A DNA stretch of 63,990 bases, filler included, from Olpidium bornovanus S191 (taxonomy: Eukaryota; Fungi; Olpidiomycota): assembly GCA_017911155.1 (NCBI GenBank). It is 31 parts of 31 records of this genome, joined end to end, with 100 filler letters (N's around TTAATTAATTAA, not from the genome) between each part and the next. Parts side by side here need not be neighbours in the genome. Positions count along the whole stretch, not along the records: positions 47,088 to 50,849 come from JAEFCI010010969.1; positions 50,950 to 52,191 come from JAEFCI010001258.1; positions 52,292 to 54,547 come from JAEFCI010000358.1; positions 54,648 to 56,620 come from JAEFCI010003994.1; positions 56,721 to 58,292 come from JAEFCI010013166.1; positions 58,393 to 60,397 come from JAEFCI010012427.1; 25 more parts are not named here. One strand, 5' to 3'. Under the pieces are notes generated by a model. It was not told the DNA's origin and did not search any database. It worked only from the letters and a program-made list of their open reading frames with translations. Made by a program: the position numbers and the translations under genes. Positions 47,088 through 58,979 of this stretch are shown piece by piece (the stretch's first letter is position 1; every line of letters begins with the position of its first letter).

Positions 47088-48424
47088 AGACATTGAAGGC
47101 GGCAGCAAAAGTCCCTTGCCGGAAGTCTGCCTGATTGATGCGGTGATGGGGGCGATGGCCGAAGACGGTTTCGCCCTAGACGAGGAGGATGTCAGCTTCT
47201 TGAGCATGGCCTTCTTGGGGAAGGTGCCCGAATCGCCGGAAGTCGCCAGGAACGAGGTGCCGGCGATCGAGGAGGCTTTCCAAGGTGAGCGTTCAAGTGT
47301 GAGTCGGGAGCCGTTCGGGCCGATGATAACGGACCGAATGCCTCACACGCTCTGCTCCTGTCGGACGAACATAGGCTTGCATAAAACCGGCTGCGCGCGC
47401 ACCGAAGGATTCTACCGCGTCCCGGCGTGGGCCAAGCCCGCGTCGCAGCCGTTCGTCTTGGCGCCCCCCCCTCTCGGCGACTTTCCTGCGGCGGCAAGCC
47501 ATCTCGTTCAGCAGCGCAGCAGTTCTCGAAAGAACCGGGCCGACAACCGGCGGCAGGCGGCGGAGCTGGACTCATACCGCCGCCTGCTGAACTCCTCGTT
47601 CGCTTCTTCGGCTGCCGCCTCTTCGCACCAGTCTTCGGCAGCGCCCCAGGAGGCGTCGCTGTCGCTGCTGGAGCTGAACCAGCTCAAGGTCCGGCGCAAG
47701 TCGCTGCGGTTCGGCCCCTCGCTCATTCACAACGAGGGTTTGTTCGTGCTGGAGCGCGTGGCGGCCAACGACATGGTGATCGAGTACGTAGGCGAGGTCA
47801 TCCGGCAGAAGGTGGCCGACCGCCGCGAGAAGGAGTACGAGGGCCGCGGGGTCGGCAGCTCCTACTTCTTCCGCGTCGACGACGACCGCGTGATCGACGC
47901 CACCAACAAGGGGAGCTGCTCCAGGTTCATCAACCACTCGTGCGATGTGAGCGGCTTGCTTTTTTTTGCGTTTGGGTTTCCAGCGCGCGGTGCTTTGTGC
48001 GTTGTTTTTCTGTTGATGCTAATTTTCCCGAGGGTAACGCTGGCGGTGTGTGGGGGCGGGGTGTGGTGACGTCGAAATTGTAGCCGAACTGCACCGCCAG
48101 GATCATAACGGTCGAAAACAAAAAGAGGATCGTGATCTACGCAAAGAGAGAGATCGCCGCAGGAGAGGTCAGAACTGCGCGAACCGTGCGATCTGCGCAT
48201 AACTTTCCTTTTTTTGTTTTCTCGGGCGCAGGAACGGGCGGGGGAAGGTAGAGGAAGGCCCTCTGGTCGCGAATAACCGTTGTATTCCCATTACCGTCGT
48301 ATGCTCACGCGTTCGTGCGCCGCAGGAATTAACCTACGACTACAAGTTCCCAATCGAGCATGACCCTTCGCAGAAGATACTTTGCCGGTGCGGGTCTGCG
48401 AACTGCAAAGGCACACTGAACTGA
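47088..48424 (+). CDS. SET1: Set1/COMPASS H3K4 methyltransferase, N-SET/SET/post-SET part (partial, spliced)
   Basis: [10 protein letters not shown]; [12 protein letters not shown]...IHNEGLF...[21 protein letters not shown]...SSYFFR...[19 protein letters not shown]...[13 protein letters not shown]. Confidence 0.96.
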
Positions 48425-48579
48425 AAGGTGAGCAATAGCTTGGAGCGGGCATTGTTCAGCCCGGCGTTCGTTTTTTTTATTTTTTTTTTTTCGGCGAACG
48501 AACGAGAGAGCGGGGAAGGGCTGGTATGGGGCGGGGAGTGGGGGAGGGTTAGCGGATGTCCCTGGCTGCGAATGATCAT

Positions 48580-48690
48580 TCAACGCTCACGCGTTCTCGC
48601 CCGTAGGAATTGACCCACGACTACATAATCCTTCGCGGAAGATACCTTGCAGGTGCAGGCCTGCGAACTGCAACGGCACGTCGAAACTGA
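48580..48690 (+). pseudogene. Tandem duplicate of the SET1 terminal exon with its acceptor; a 16-nt deletion causes a frameshift
   Basis: GCTCACGCGTTC..AG|GAATTGACCCACGACTAC at 48607 mirrors 48326. It reads [27 protein letters not shown], losing the post-SET cysteines. Confidence 0.85.
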
Positions 48691-49118
48691 GAAAAACGCG
48701 CGTCTTATCCATGCCCACGCCGCGGCGCTCTCGGCCCTACATTTGACGGCGGCGCGATGTCGTCTCGGCTGTTTTTGTCGTCTTTCGTTTTAGAGATGCA
48801 AAAGAAGGGGGACACGGGGGTGGGTGACGTCTCTTTGTCTGGAGAGCGGCTGTTCCATGACCTGAAGCCCCCCCCCCCCCTCCCCCGCCCAACCCCCTCC
48901 TCCTCCGTCTCGCCCGCACCCGCGCATGATAACATCATGTATTTGTCTCTCCCAGGCCCCGCCTTTTCCACCACCACCCATGTAGATAGATCTCTCTCTC
49001 GTACACCCCAAGTCACCATCAGCGGATCAGGGTTCAAAGCAAAGCGGCCGTGATTTTTTTTTTTTTTTTTTTTTTTTTACTTTCCGTAGTCTGCCCCAAA
49101 ACGGGCTGCGTTCCCCCA

Positions 49119-49157
<39 letters not shown>

Positions 49158-49467
49158 CCGTTAAAAAGCCTGCCCCATATTGGGCTGCGTTCTCTTCACG
49201 CACGCAAAAACACACACACACACCTAAGCCCCGCGGCCCCCCCCCCCCCCCCCCCCCCCCCCCCATTCCTCCCTTCCGCCTCCACCCCGCCCCCTGCGGA
49301 TCGGCACAAAACGGGGGCCGGGAGATCGATAATTTTTTTTTTTCGGCGAGGCGGTGTACGACGATTTTTTTTTTTCGGTTTTTTTCTGTTTTCCCTGTTT
49401 TTTTCAGCGCACGGCCCGGCAACCCGTTCCGACGCTCCGCCTTTTTTCTCCTTTCTTTCGCCTGCAG

Positions 49468-49857
49468 AAATGCACGCCCTCGGCGTGGTGCACCGCGACC
49501 TGAAGTCACGTGGGTTTGTCCGGGGCAAAAAGTTTTTTTTTTTCTTTCTTTCTCTCTCGACCCGTGGGGGAGGGCACCGTCCCCTCCGCCGGCCGGCGCG
49601 GCTGACCGCGCGGGCGCGCGCCACACCCCCCCAGAAAACCTCCTCGTCCAGGTCGGCCCGTCGCCGATCGACTACGAGATCGCGGTGTGCGACTTCGGCC
49701 TCGCGCGCGTCGGGGAGGCCGCGAGCTCCAGGCGGGCGATCGGCGTCGGCATCAGCTACCCGTACGCCAGCCCGGAAGTGTTCGCGCGGATATACCTCCC
49801 CTCCGCGGCCACGGCGCGGTCCGATTTCGAGGAGGACAAGCGGAGCGACGTGTGGGT

Positions 49858-49890
<33 letters not shown>

Positions 49891-50600
49891 CCTTTCCGTC
49901 CAGGTGGTTGAAACGCGCCCCTCCACCACACACACACACACACACACACCGACCGATCGTCTCGTCTCGAAAATGCCGCCGCCCCCAGCTACGCGTACGG
50001 CATCATCCTGTGGGAAATGCTGCAACGCGCGATCCCGTGGGAGGGGCACACGCCCGAGGAGATAGGTAAGCGGCCCCGGCCCACCCCCACGAGAGGCGGC
50101 CCGGGGAGCTTGCTTGCTTCCCCGGAATTCGCGGCGGGTCCCCGGGGTTCTCACCGGCCGGCCGTTTCTCACACCGCCCCCTCGCCCCGCGCCTTCTTCC
50201 CCGCCGCTCTGCCCGGCCTTTTTTTTTTTTTCCAGAACTCTCGGTTCGCGAGGGCCTCAGGCCGCCCGTCCCCCCGCGGTCGCAATGCACAGACCCGATC
50301 ACGGCGTACCTGTACAGGATAGCGGAACAGTGCTGGCAGCACGACCCGGCGAGGTGGGGCGGGAGAGCGGCGGCGCGGCGGGCGGGGCTCCGCGCGGGAA
50401 GCAGGAAAAAAAAAAACCGGCGCGGACCGCTTGCGGGAAGATCCGGGGCCGGCAAAAAAAAAAAAAAATTTGAGCGGCGAAGTCCTTATCCATCTTGCTT
50501 TTTTTTTACTCTCGTTCCCCGCTCGGCCAGGCGGCCGAAATTCGCGGTCGTGCGCCAGAAGTTGAGCGACATCTACCAGGAGGACCCGGCCGACGACTAG
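49468..50600 (+). CDS. Tyrosine-kinase-like (TKL/MAP3K-type) protein kinase, C-lobe (partial, spliced)
   Basis: MHALGVVHRDLKS/ENLLV...VCDFGLAR...YASPEVF...KRSDV/YAYGIILWEML..AIPW/EGLRPP...CWQHDP/RRPKF...*. Confidence 0.88.
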
Positions 50601-50752
50601 TGGAGCCAGACCCCCCGCGGCGGCCCGGCCTTGTCGACAACCCGGTTTGCGCCGCCGGCGCGCGGACCAGGAAAAGCCCCCGGAATGCGCGGGGAGGGAG
50701 CCGCGTGGAGAGCGCGAACGACGGCGCAGCGAACGGTCCGATCCTTTTCCCC

Positions 50753-50849
<97 letters not shown>

Positions 50850-53399
50850 NNNNNNNNNNNNNNNNNNNNNNNNNNNNNNNNNNNNNNNNNNNNTTAATTA
50901 ATTAANNNNNNNNNNNNNNNNNNNNNNNNNNNNNNNNNNNNNNNNNNNNATCACGGCATCAAATTCGGCAGACCGCAGGCGCGCCGGAATGAGGTGAAAG
51001 TGGCGAAGAAAGGATTGAAGAGCGCGAACGCAGGCGTAGAAATCCAAGTGAGCGTTTCGAGAGAGTCATGTCGGGTGAAGCGGATTTTGCTTTCCGAACG
51101 GGAAGCTGACGGATGTCGTCCCTCTGCAGGCGAACGAAAAGAACGTCCATGTAAGTTTATCATTTTCTCAACTTTCCCAGAGTATTTGCCCGGCCCTGTT
51201 CGAAGATTGTCCTGCCCCCTGTACATCTGAAAAAGTAAACAAAAAAACGCTCGACCTAAGATGCCCTGTTTCACGTTTTTGACTGCACAGAGCAAGACTC
51301 CCAAAGGTCTTCGGAAGCTTGTGAACGAAGTAGCACACTACTTTAACAAGCATCAGGCCAAGGTCGGCGGCAAGCGCTCAAAGAAAGACGAAAAGCAGGA
51401 TTCCAATGTAAGCAATTAGCGCGACACCCTTCAATCGTCAAGTCCAGCGTTTCTTTCGTTTGCTAACACCAAACTGCGGACTCGAGGTTGTCGACAACTG
51501 CGTGGTCGCTGGTGATGTAAGAATCTGAGCGCGTTCAAATAAGGAGGACGGATTTGCGGCCGGTTTTGCTTACTCATTCGAATTGCATCGGTTTGACAGC
51601 ACCCCGCCGAGGTGCGTGCATTCGACTGTTCGGAAAGGCGCACTTTAGCCTGCCAGATGCTCGGATTCTTACTAACGCGCCCCGGTTTGCTCAATGTTAA
51701 CTTCAAGTCTTCCAATCCGAGGCCGCTCGCTGCTGTAAGCGTATAACACCTTTTCGCCTTGAAATGTCATGATTTTGGTAACGAGCCTGACAGAATTTTG
51801 CACATTCCTTCAGAGCGGAGTAAGGATTGTCCGGTCCAGGATGGTAAGCGGCGTGCCCTTTAGCCGACGTCGTTTCTTCAAGGCCGGGGCCACTCAAATT
51901 TCTTTTTCGACCGCGCGGCGTAGCATGAACGCCGGAGTTTCAGCGAATCTCACGCCGGTCTGGTACGCATTGCCCGCCTCCTCGGGCCCGGCTGTTCCGC
52001 GAAAACTTTTATTAACCCCATCTACCACCGAAACACACACCCCCCCCCCCCCCCCTTCCCCCCAACCCCCCCCCCCCCCCCCCCGCCTTCCCCCGATATC
52101 AGCATCGCCGCAAGGACGGAACGGCGAATCCGGTTAAGTTTGATCGAACGAAGTTTCCTTTCTCAGCATTTCCGCGACCGCTTTTCCTAACNNNNNNNNN
52201 NNNNNNNNNNNNNNNNNNNNNNNNNNNNNNNNNNNTTAATTAATTAANNNNNNNNNNNNNNNNNNNNNNNNNNNNNNNNNNNNNNNNNNNNCATGGCCAA
52301 TAATAAAACGGAAGGTGCTACTAAACTGAAATCTGATGAAGTATGAATTGCCCTTGCTGGTTGCGAGCCCTGTTCCGCGATTGATGTTTACCTGCCGGCG
52401 TTCCGTCGAAGCCTCTGTGTGCTGTTTGACCCGGGGACTGCGATTACTGTCGTCGATGCGATGACCGCAAGATTCAGGAGGATGGCCCGCGCGAGCGGAG
52501 CCGGGGTGTAATGCCAAAGCTGCCTGCGGTGTAGCTCCGCCTTGAGGCTGCGTGAGTACCGCGGGCAAATCCCCGGGGCACCGCTGCCCCACGCCCAAAA
52601 AAGCTGTGCACCCCACTTTATTTTTCCCACCTCGTCCGGGATAGACCGATCCGACTGCACGGCATCAGCTTCTGGGCGCTCCCACCAAGACGAGACCTAT
52701 GTTCTCACCGTGGGTTTGGACACCTTCGCGTCCTGGTGGCTTGCTAAGGCGGGGCCAGCACGTCTGGGACTCGACACCGATCCCGCGCGATGACGTAACC
52801 GTCATCCAAGTGGCCTCGCGCTTGCGCTGCATTGGTTGCTCTTTTTGGGCCCCTGGTCTGAAGTGGCTCGCCAGGGGTGAGCTCGCTCGGAAATTTCTTG
52901 ACCCCGATTTCCATTTTTATGCAAGGGCGGGAGTTGGCGCGTGGTCAGTGGGTTCTTTGCGCGGAAATTACCGCTGACCAGTCCTTCCAGCAGTTCCTCT
53001 CAAAACTCTGTCAGTCCAAAAGGCGCAGGCGCGTTTTTGAGTTTCCTCGCGCAGTTCCTCTAAAACCCTGTTGGTCCAAAGGATGCTGCTGCGTCTGAGT
53101 TTCCCGGGAAAAGATCCACCCCCCGTGACCGTTCACTGTTGCCTCGGCGGGAAAGTCACCTGGCTAACAACCCCAATCCTCCTTACCTTTCCGGCGCCCA
53201 GAGGGTTTTTTTTTTACCCCTCAGCTTGTCTAGAGGTTTTCTTTCTCCCAAGAAAAAAAACGGGGCGCTTGTCAAGCACCTACACGTGGTGTGCTCTGGG
53301 CAACGGTTTCTGTCCCCGCTGGACCGGCTAAGTTTGACATTTAAAGTGGCAAAATCATAATTGTGGCGAGGTCAAACATCGATATCACGGACACGTCGA

Positions 53400-54000
53400 C
53401 TGCGGATGCGCCGCCGGAAATTCAAGATCAGCGGCCGCGAAAGTCCAAGCATTTTTCCTTTTTTTATCTTATTTGTTCTGCTGCAACTGGCGAAGTTCCC
53501 GAGAAAAAGGTGTTGCCGCGACCGCCGGTGGTGAACGTGGAGCCGTTAAGCGCCGGTCTCCGACCGCAACCATTTTACGCTGCCGCCAAAATTTTGCATT
53601 TCGAATCAGAATGCCCTTGCGGCCGCACCATGCCGGACCTCTGAGGTCGAGGTACCGGTTGAGACCGAGCGACGCGGTTGGGCTTTTGTCCCCCCCCCTC
53701 TCGTGCGGCTGCCGCCGCGGTCGTGGAAGTCCTCCAGGGTGCCGAATAAGGATGCCTCGTCGGCGAAGCCACCGGATCAGGAGACAAGGCATAGCCGAGC
53801 CTCCGGTCGGCCGCAATTGTCGCTGCCGGCTGCCCCCGGATCGCGGCGTCGCCCGTATCCGGCTTGTCCAACGCAGTGCGCAAAAGCTCCCTAAGTTCCA
53901 GAGAGGCTGGCCCTCCGCGGGCCAGTCTCGACAGGCGGGGTGGATCGCCGCCACAACGTTGGGATCGGCGGCCACGCACGCAGGCGCTCGTCTCGCGAAT
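53400..54000 (-). mobile_element. Possible decayed retroelement gag with a frameshifted CCHC knuckle
   Basis: AWCGRKG in one frame and GHSDSKC in the next frame (about 53590-53635) together resemble Cx2Cx4Hx4C. The rest of the contig is intronless and stop-rich. Confidence 0.3.
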
Positions 54001-55900
54001 TCGCAGGCAGCAGGGGCCCGGCCAGTAACGTCACTGACCCCGTCGCGCCGGGCGTGACGGTCACCCGAAACTCGGGCTGCTCTGCTGAAGTAAAACGGGA
54101 GGGCAGCGAGAGTTTGTCGAATTCTGCGTCACATTTGAGTCTGCAACCAGGACTCCCCTTTTGCAAGCCGGTTGTTCCTCCGTACACCAGGTGCAGATCT
54201 GTCAAGACTTTTGGGACCCCGCACCTAACGTTTTTAACCTCCGTATATTGTAGAAGTAAGCAAAATGAAACCCCGAATAAGAAAACAGGGGTATAGCTTT
54301 TCGAACATGGGGTGGATCAATCAAAAAGTTGGCAGATGCAAGGGGGTCCCAATCATTAAAAATTCAAACAACGCGAACGACGGAAAATAAAAGGGTGTAG
54401 CCCTGGCATTTCCAGCCGCATCGCTTTTCATGCACCGTTGAGTTTAAGCACCCAGAACTACCGATGTTTCCTTCGATGCGTGGTTTTTATTTTGGATCTA
54501 TTCGTCGTGCGTCGGGCTTCGGAGGATTCCCCTCGAATAAGGGAGAGNNNNNNNNNNNNNNNNNNNNNNNNNNNNNNNNNNNNNNNNNNNNTTAATTAAT
54601 TAANNNNNNNNNNNNNNNNNNNNNNNNNNNNNNNNNNNNNNNNNNNNCATGGGTGGGGAGGGGGTGTTGAAATGAAATTGGAAGAGACAACGTTGGCAAA
54701 CAATTCTGGGCCGAAAAAAAGGCCACTTGCTCGGGCTTACGCCTCTGGGTCGAATCCCTCGACCGGGGGAATCGGAGCACCGACAAGGCCACCCGCGGCA
54801 TTGACGACGGGTTGTTCGTGAGCTGCGTTGCCTAGAGGACGAGCGGGATACTGGACGGGCTGGACGGGCTGGACCGGCTCGACGGACGGACCAGGCTGTA
54901 CAAGGTGGACGGACTCGACGAGCTTGGACGGGGCGAGGTTTATATCCCCGACATTGGCGACAGGGGCCAGATCCATTATTTCCACTGCGCGTGATGGTAA
55001 GGCCACAGATACACAGCGAAAAAAACCGCTTTTGGAGTCAGACCCAACGCCGACTCCGAGAACGTGCGGTGCGGACGCTGTAAAACGGCCGAGGATGCTG
55101 GACTCCTCCGCGACCAAGCGCTTTTGTACGGAGCTCGGCGACGTGACAGGTCCTGAGCTTTGTGTGCTCCTGACATCCTCGAGCAGCCTGGCGCTGACGG
55201 TGCCAGGCGAGACGAGACCACTGGCTGCGCCGCATCATATTCGTTCCGCTGCTTTTCGCGCACAGCGGTCCCAGAGACGCGCGACTCGCGTCGTCCGACA
55301 GACGTGTGTGACATACCGGTGGGGAGGGCAGTGCACTGGAGGCTTGGGCCGGTCCTCCGCCTGAGGCGGCTGGCGCTCCGGAAGGGACCTCGGCCAGTTG
55401 CCCCTGCGCCGGTGCGAGTAACATGAGACAGCGTTTTTACGGCCCAGGGAGCCCACGACGACGTGTCGCGACTCGGGGTGACGGGGACGACGGGGAGCGG
55501 CGTCTCACCTGCTAACCGCGACGAACCCTACGCCCTTCCTTGCGGGGCGGGGGACCGGCGGCGATGATGAACAGTGAGCGAGATGAAGGGAGAGGGAGTT
55601 TAGGGGCCGGGGACCAGCGACGGCGAAGGGAGCGACGCCCCCTCCCGTCCTCTCCGCCGCACTGCGAACCCAGGACGCGGTTCCCTTTTTTGCTTTTTAT
55701 CCTGTGCCGGCAGGCGCGCCTGCTTCGGCCGCATCGTCGAACTTACCCGCCCGCCGTGGCTTCTGCCGTGGAGCGGTGTTTGGGTACAGTGGTCCGCGGT
55801 CCGTGGGTGGGGGAGGAGCGGAGGGGGAGCTGCCGCCGTGGGGGAGGAGCGCGCGAGCGGGGAGCGCGGGGTGCGCTCGGGCGGGGGCGGGGAGATGGTT

Positions 55901-55933
<33 letters not shown>

Positions 55934-56094
55934 CCCAGGAAAGGGGAAAAGGGGGGCCGCTAGCCGCCAAAAGAATTAATTCGCGGCCCTCAGAACGGGA
56001 TTACCCCTGACATTCTCAGCCTGAGAATATAAGTCAAGTTTTAATTAAATGGCCGCAGTTTTGGCCAAAATTTACTCGTCACAGAGAAATCTGT

Positions 56095-56620
56095 TTTGGG
56101 ATTTTGACTGCTTTCTCCTCCGTGCCACAGGGACAACGGAAAGAACTTCAACCTAGAATACTTCGGCAGGTGACGGTCCAAATGGGGCGTTCTTTGGCTT
56201 GCTGGATAAGTCTTGGCATACATTTCTGAACGATTCTGGTTCCAGCTGGAACCTTCCGCTCGTCACCGAGAAAGCCGATCTCGGAATTCTGATTGCGTGC
56301 TCCGACTGCCACAGGGACCATGGGACAGAGTTCGACAGGCAAAATTTGGTTTGTAATAGTCCAAATCAGGCGATTATAAGCTCGCTGGATTGGCGTCGGC
56401 CCTAAAAATTCAACAATTATAATTTTGAAAGATTTGTCTACTCATCAATAAAAAATTAATTTTGAAGTTCTAACTGCTTTCTGCTGCTGCCACAGGCGCC
56501 ATGGGGTAAAGCTCGACCGGGCATAGATCGGTGTGTAATGGTTCAAACCGGCGATTAACTTTTGGAAAAGGCAAAATTAGAGTTTTGACTGCCTACTCCT
56601 CCTGTCATTGGAACAATGGG
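56095..56620. repeat. Degenerate ~182-bp tandem repeat, 3 units plus a partial fourth
   Basis: TGCCACAGG(G/C)..CATGGG..AG.TCGAC...GTCCAAAT blocks start at 56123, 56307 and 56488, with a partial block at 56603. Confidence 0.75.
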
Positions 56621-56880
56621 NNNNNNNNNNNNNNNNNNNNNNNNNNNNNNNNNNNNNNNNNNNNTTAATTAATTAANNNNNNNNNNNNNNNNNNNNNNNN
56701 NNNNNNNNNNNNNNNNNNNNGGATGGCGCGTGCCGCGGCTCAGCAAAACGCGGAGTTTCGGGCGGGGTAAACTCTGCAAGTCCATGAAGAGCCGGGTTTC
56801 GTGCAGCGTCACAGGAGGGAGGAAGGGGGAAGGCGCGGCTGTACGGCTGGCGTGTTTTCGAGGGAAATGGGACGGGTCGT

Positions 56881-57500
56881 TCACGTCGGCGGGGGTAAAG
56901 GAAGGCGAGGAGGAGGGGAGCGGGGCGCGGCGGCACAGACGTCCGCGTCCCCAGCGACGGGAGCCTCGATCTGCGTCCTGAGGTCGCGCTTAAACTGGAG
57001 GAGCTCCGAGTAGTCGGCGAACGACAGCCTCGCGACGGGGACGGCCGTGCGGTCGTAGTCGTCGCCGGAGAAGGTCTGGCACACGCGCGCCGTGGCGGAG
57101 AACGTGACCCTGCGCCAGGCAGCGGCAGCGGCGGTGGCGTCGGCGCAGCCGGAGCCGGGCCCGAAGCTCATGCCGCCGGGGGAAGGGGTTCGGTCGTCGT
57201 CGTCGTCGTGGTCGTCGCACGACGGCACGGCGACCTCCAGCTCCCCGGCGTCGGCCCACGCGGCGCCGTCGTAGTCGTAGTCGGCGCCGCCGCCGGTCGA
57301 CGACGGGGAGGCGACCTCCAGCGGCCCGGCGCCGCCGTCGCCCGCGGCCGGGGATGCCGCCGCCGCCGCCTCCTCCCCCGGCTCCTCCGGCCGGCAAGGG
57401 TCGTCGAGAGGGGCGGCGGCGGCGGCCGGCCGCGCGGAGAGGAGGGCGGCGCCGGCGGCCCGCACGGCGAGGGAGGCGGCGGGCCCGGGTCCGGAGGCCG
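56881..57500 (-). CDS. PP1-binding protein of the Bni4/Afr1/neurabin motif type, C-terminal part; start unresolved
   Basis: RRVTFSATARVCQTFSGDDYDRT...LLQFKRDL is an RVxF motif followed by the T(Y/F)S.D.YDR motif. Confidence 0.55.
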
Positions 57501-58239
57501 GGGCGCGCCGGGCGCGGCGACGGCCCCAGCCGGCCGGCGGGAGCGCGGCGGGAGCGGGGCGGCGGGGCGCGGCGCGTCTTCCTGGGTTTCTCGGCCTCCG
57601 GGCCCGGGGCAGGCCACGGCGGGATGGGGGCAGAGGGTCGTGGAGGGTGGGGAGGCTCGCGCGGGGGCGGCCGGGCGGGGCGGGCGGGGCGGGCGACTGA
57701 GAGCGGGGAGAAGCCCGGGGCTCCGTCTGGCGCGGGGCGGGGCGAGTGGCGGCTGCGGGCCGAGAGAGCCGACGGGAGAAAGGGGGAGAGAGAGAGAGAG
57801 ACAGAGAGGGCGGAGGCGTCCCCGGGGATGAGGGCGTGGTGGAAACGCAGAACGAAAACGCAGAGCGGGGTTTGGCGGGGGGTTTTTTTTTTTTTTTTTT
57901 TTGTTCTCTGTCGAACGGAATTTTTCGCCTCACTCGCGTTCTTCGTCTCCTTCCTCCTCTTCTTCTCCTCGCGTTCTTCTTCCCTTTCCTTTCGCCCCCC
58001 CCCCCTTAGTGACGCGTATGAGAGATCTCCGGATCCCCGGATTCAGAAATTGTTGCCCTCCCCCTCACGGAGGCAACTCCCGGACCTGACGGTGACTTGC
58101 GGCTGCCGCTCTCCGCCTCTCTCGCCTCGGCGATCGGGAACGCCGCCGCCGTCGCTCGCCGCCGAGCCGCCATCGCCGACCGCCTCGCGCTCCCCCGGCA
58201 ACGCCGCACGCCGTCGTTTTCCTCGACCGCTCCTGCGAC

Positions 58240-58281
<42 letters not shown>

Positions 58282-58979
58282 ACGCCCGAAGANNNNNNNN
58301 NNNNNNNNNNNNNNNNNNNNNNNNNNNNNNNNNNNNTTAATTAATTAANNNNNNNNNNNNNNNNNNNNNNNNNNNNNNNNNNNNNNNNNNNNCCCCCCTC
58401 TCCGCCTCCCCCTCCCGCACCTCTCAAAAAGCACGACTGCAGAACTTCGTTTACTCCTTTTGCTTTTTTTCTTTCATCTTTCTTCGAAACCGCCTTGTCC
58501 TACCTTTTGTTTTCTCTCTCGGGGTGTTTATCTGACCATAATCGTCATATTACTCTCCTGTCGCGACTCCCGGCCCCCCATCCCCCCCCCCCCTTCTTTC
58601 TTTCCTTTTACTGTCCCGCTACTTTTGTTTTTTTTTTTTTTAAAAAAAAACTCTCCCTCCTCCTCCCCTCACCGCCGCTCTCTACAAGCGTAATCCCCCC
58701 CCCCTCCTCGCGGACCTTGCTGTTTCTGCCCCGTCAATACCTTTCGTTTTGAAGGGAAGGAGCAAAAAGAAAGAAAGACAGAGAGGATATCCGAAGAAAA
58801 ACACAGCTGTCGGAATATGGGGACAGAGAGAGAGTGAGAGAGAGCGAGAGTCAGTGGGGAGGTGGGGGGGGGGGGGGGCAAAAAGCCCAAAAAAAAAAAA
58901 AAAAGCCCTGAAACGCGGCGGCGGGGCACGGATTGATGGAGACTTCGAAAGGAAATTACGAAAGGAATTGCGCTCAACA

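Noticed and set aside
50950-52191. ORFs 51431-51715 and 51703-51897
   Set aside because: No recognisable family and no convincing exon chain.
54648-55560. ORF 54737-55117 with PVQPVQ repeats
   Set aside because: Low complexity, with no start or splice support and no recognisable domain.
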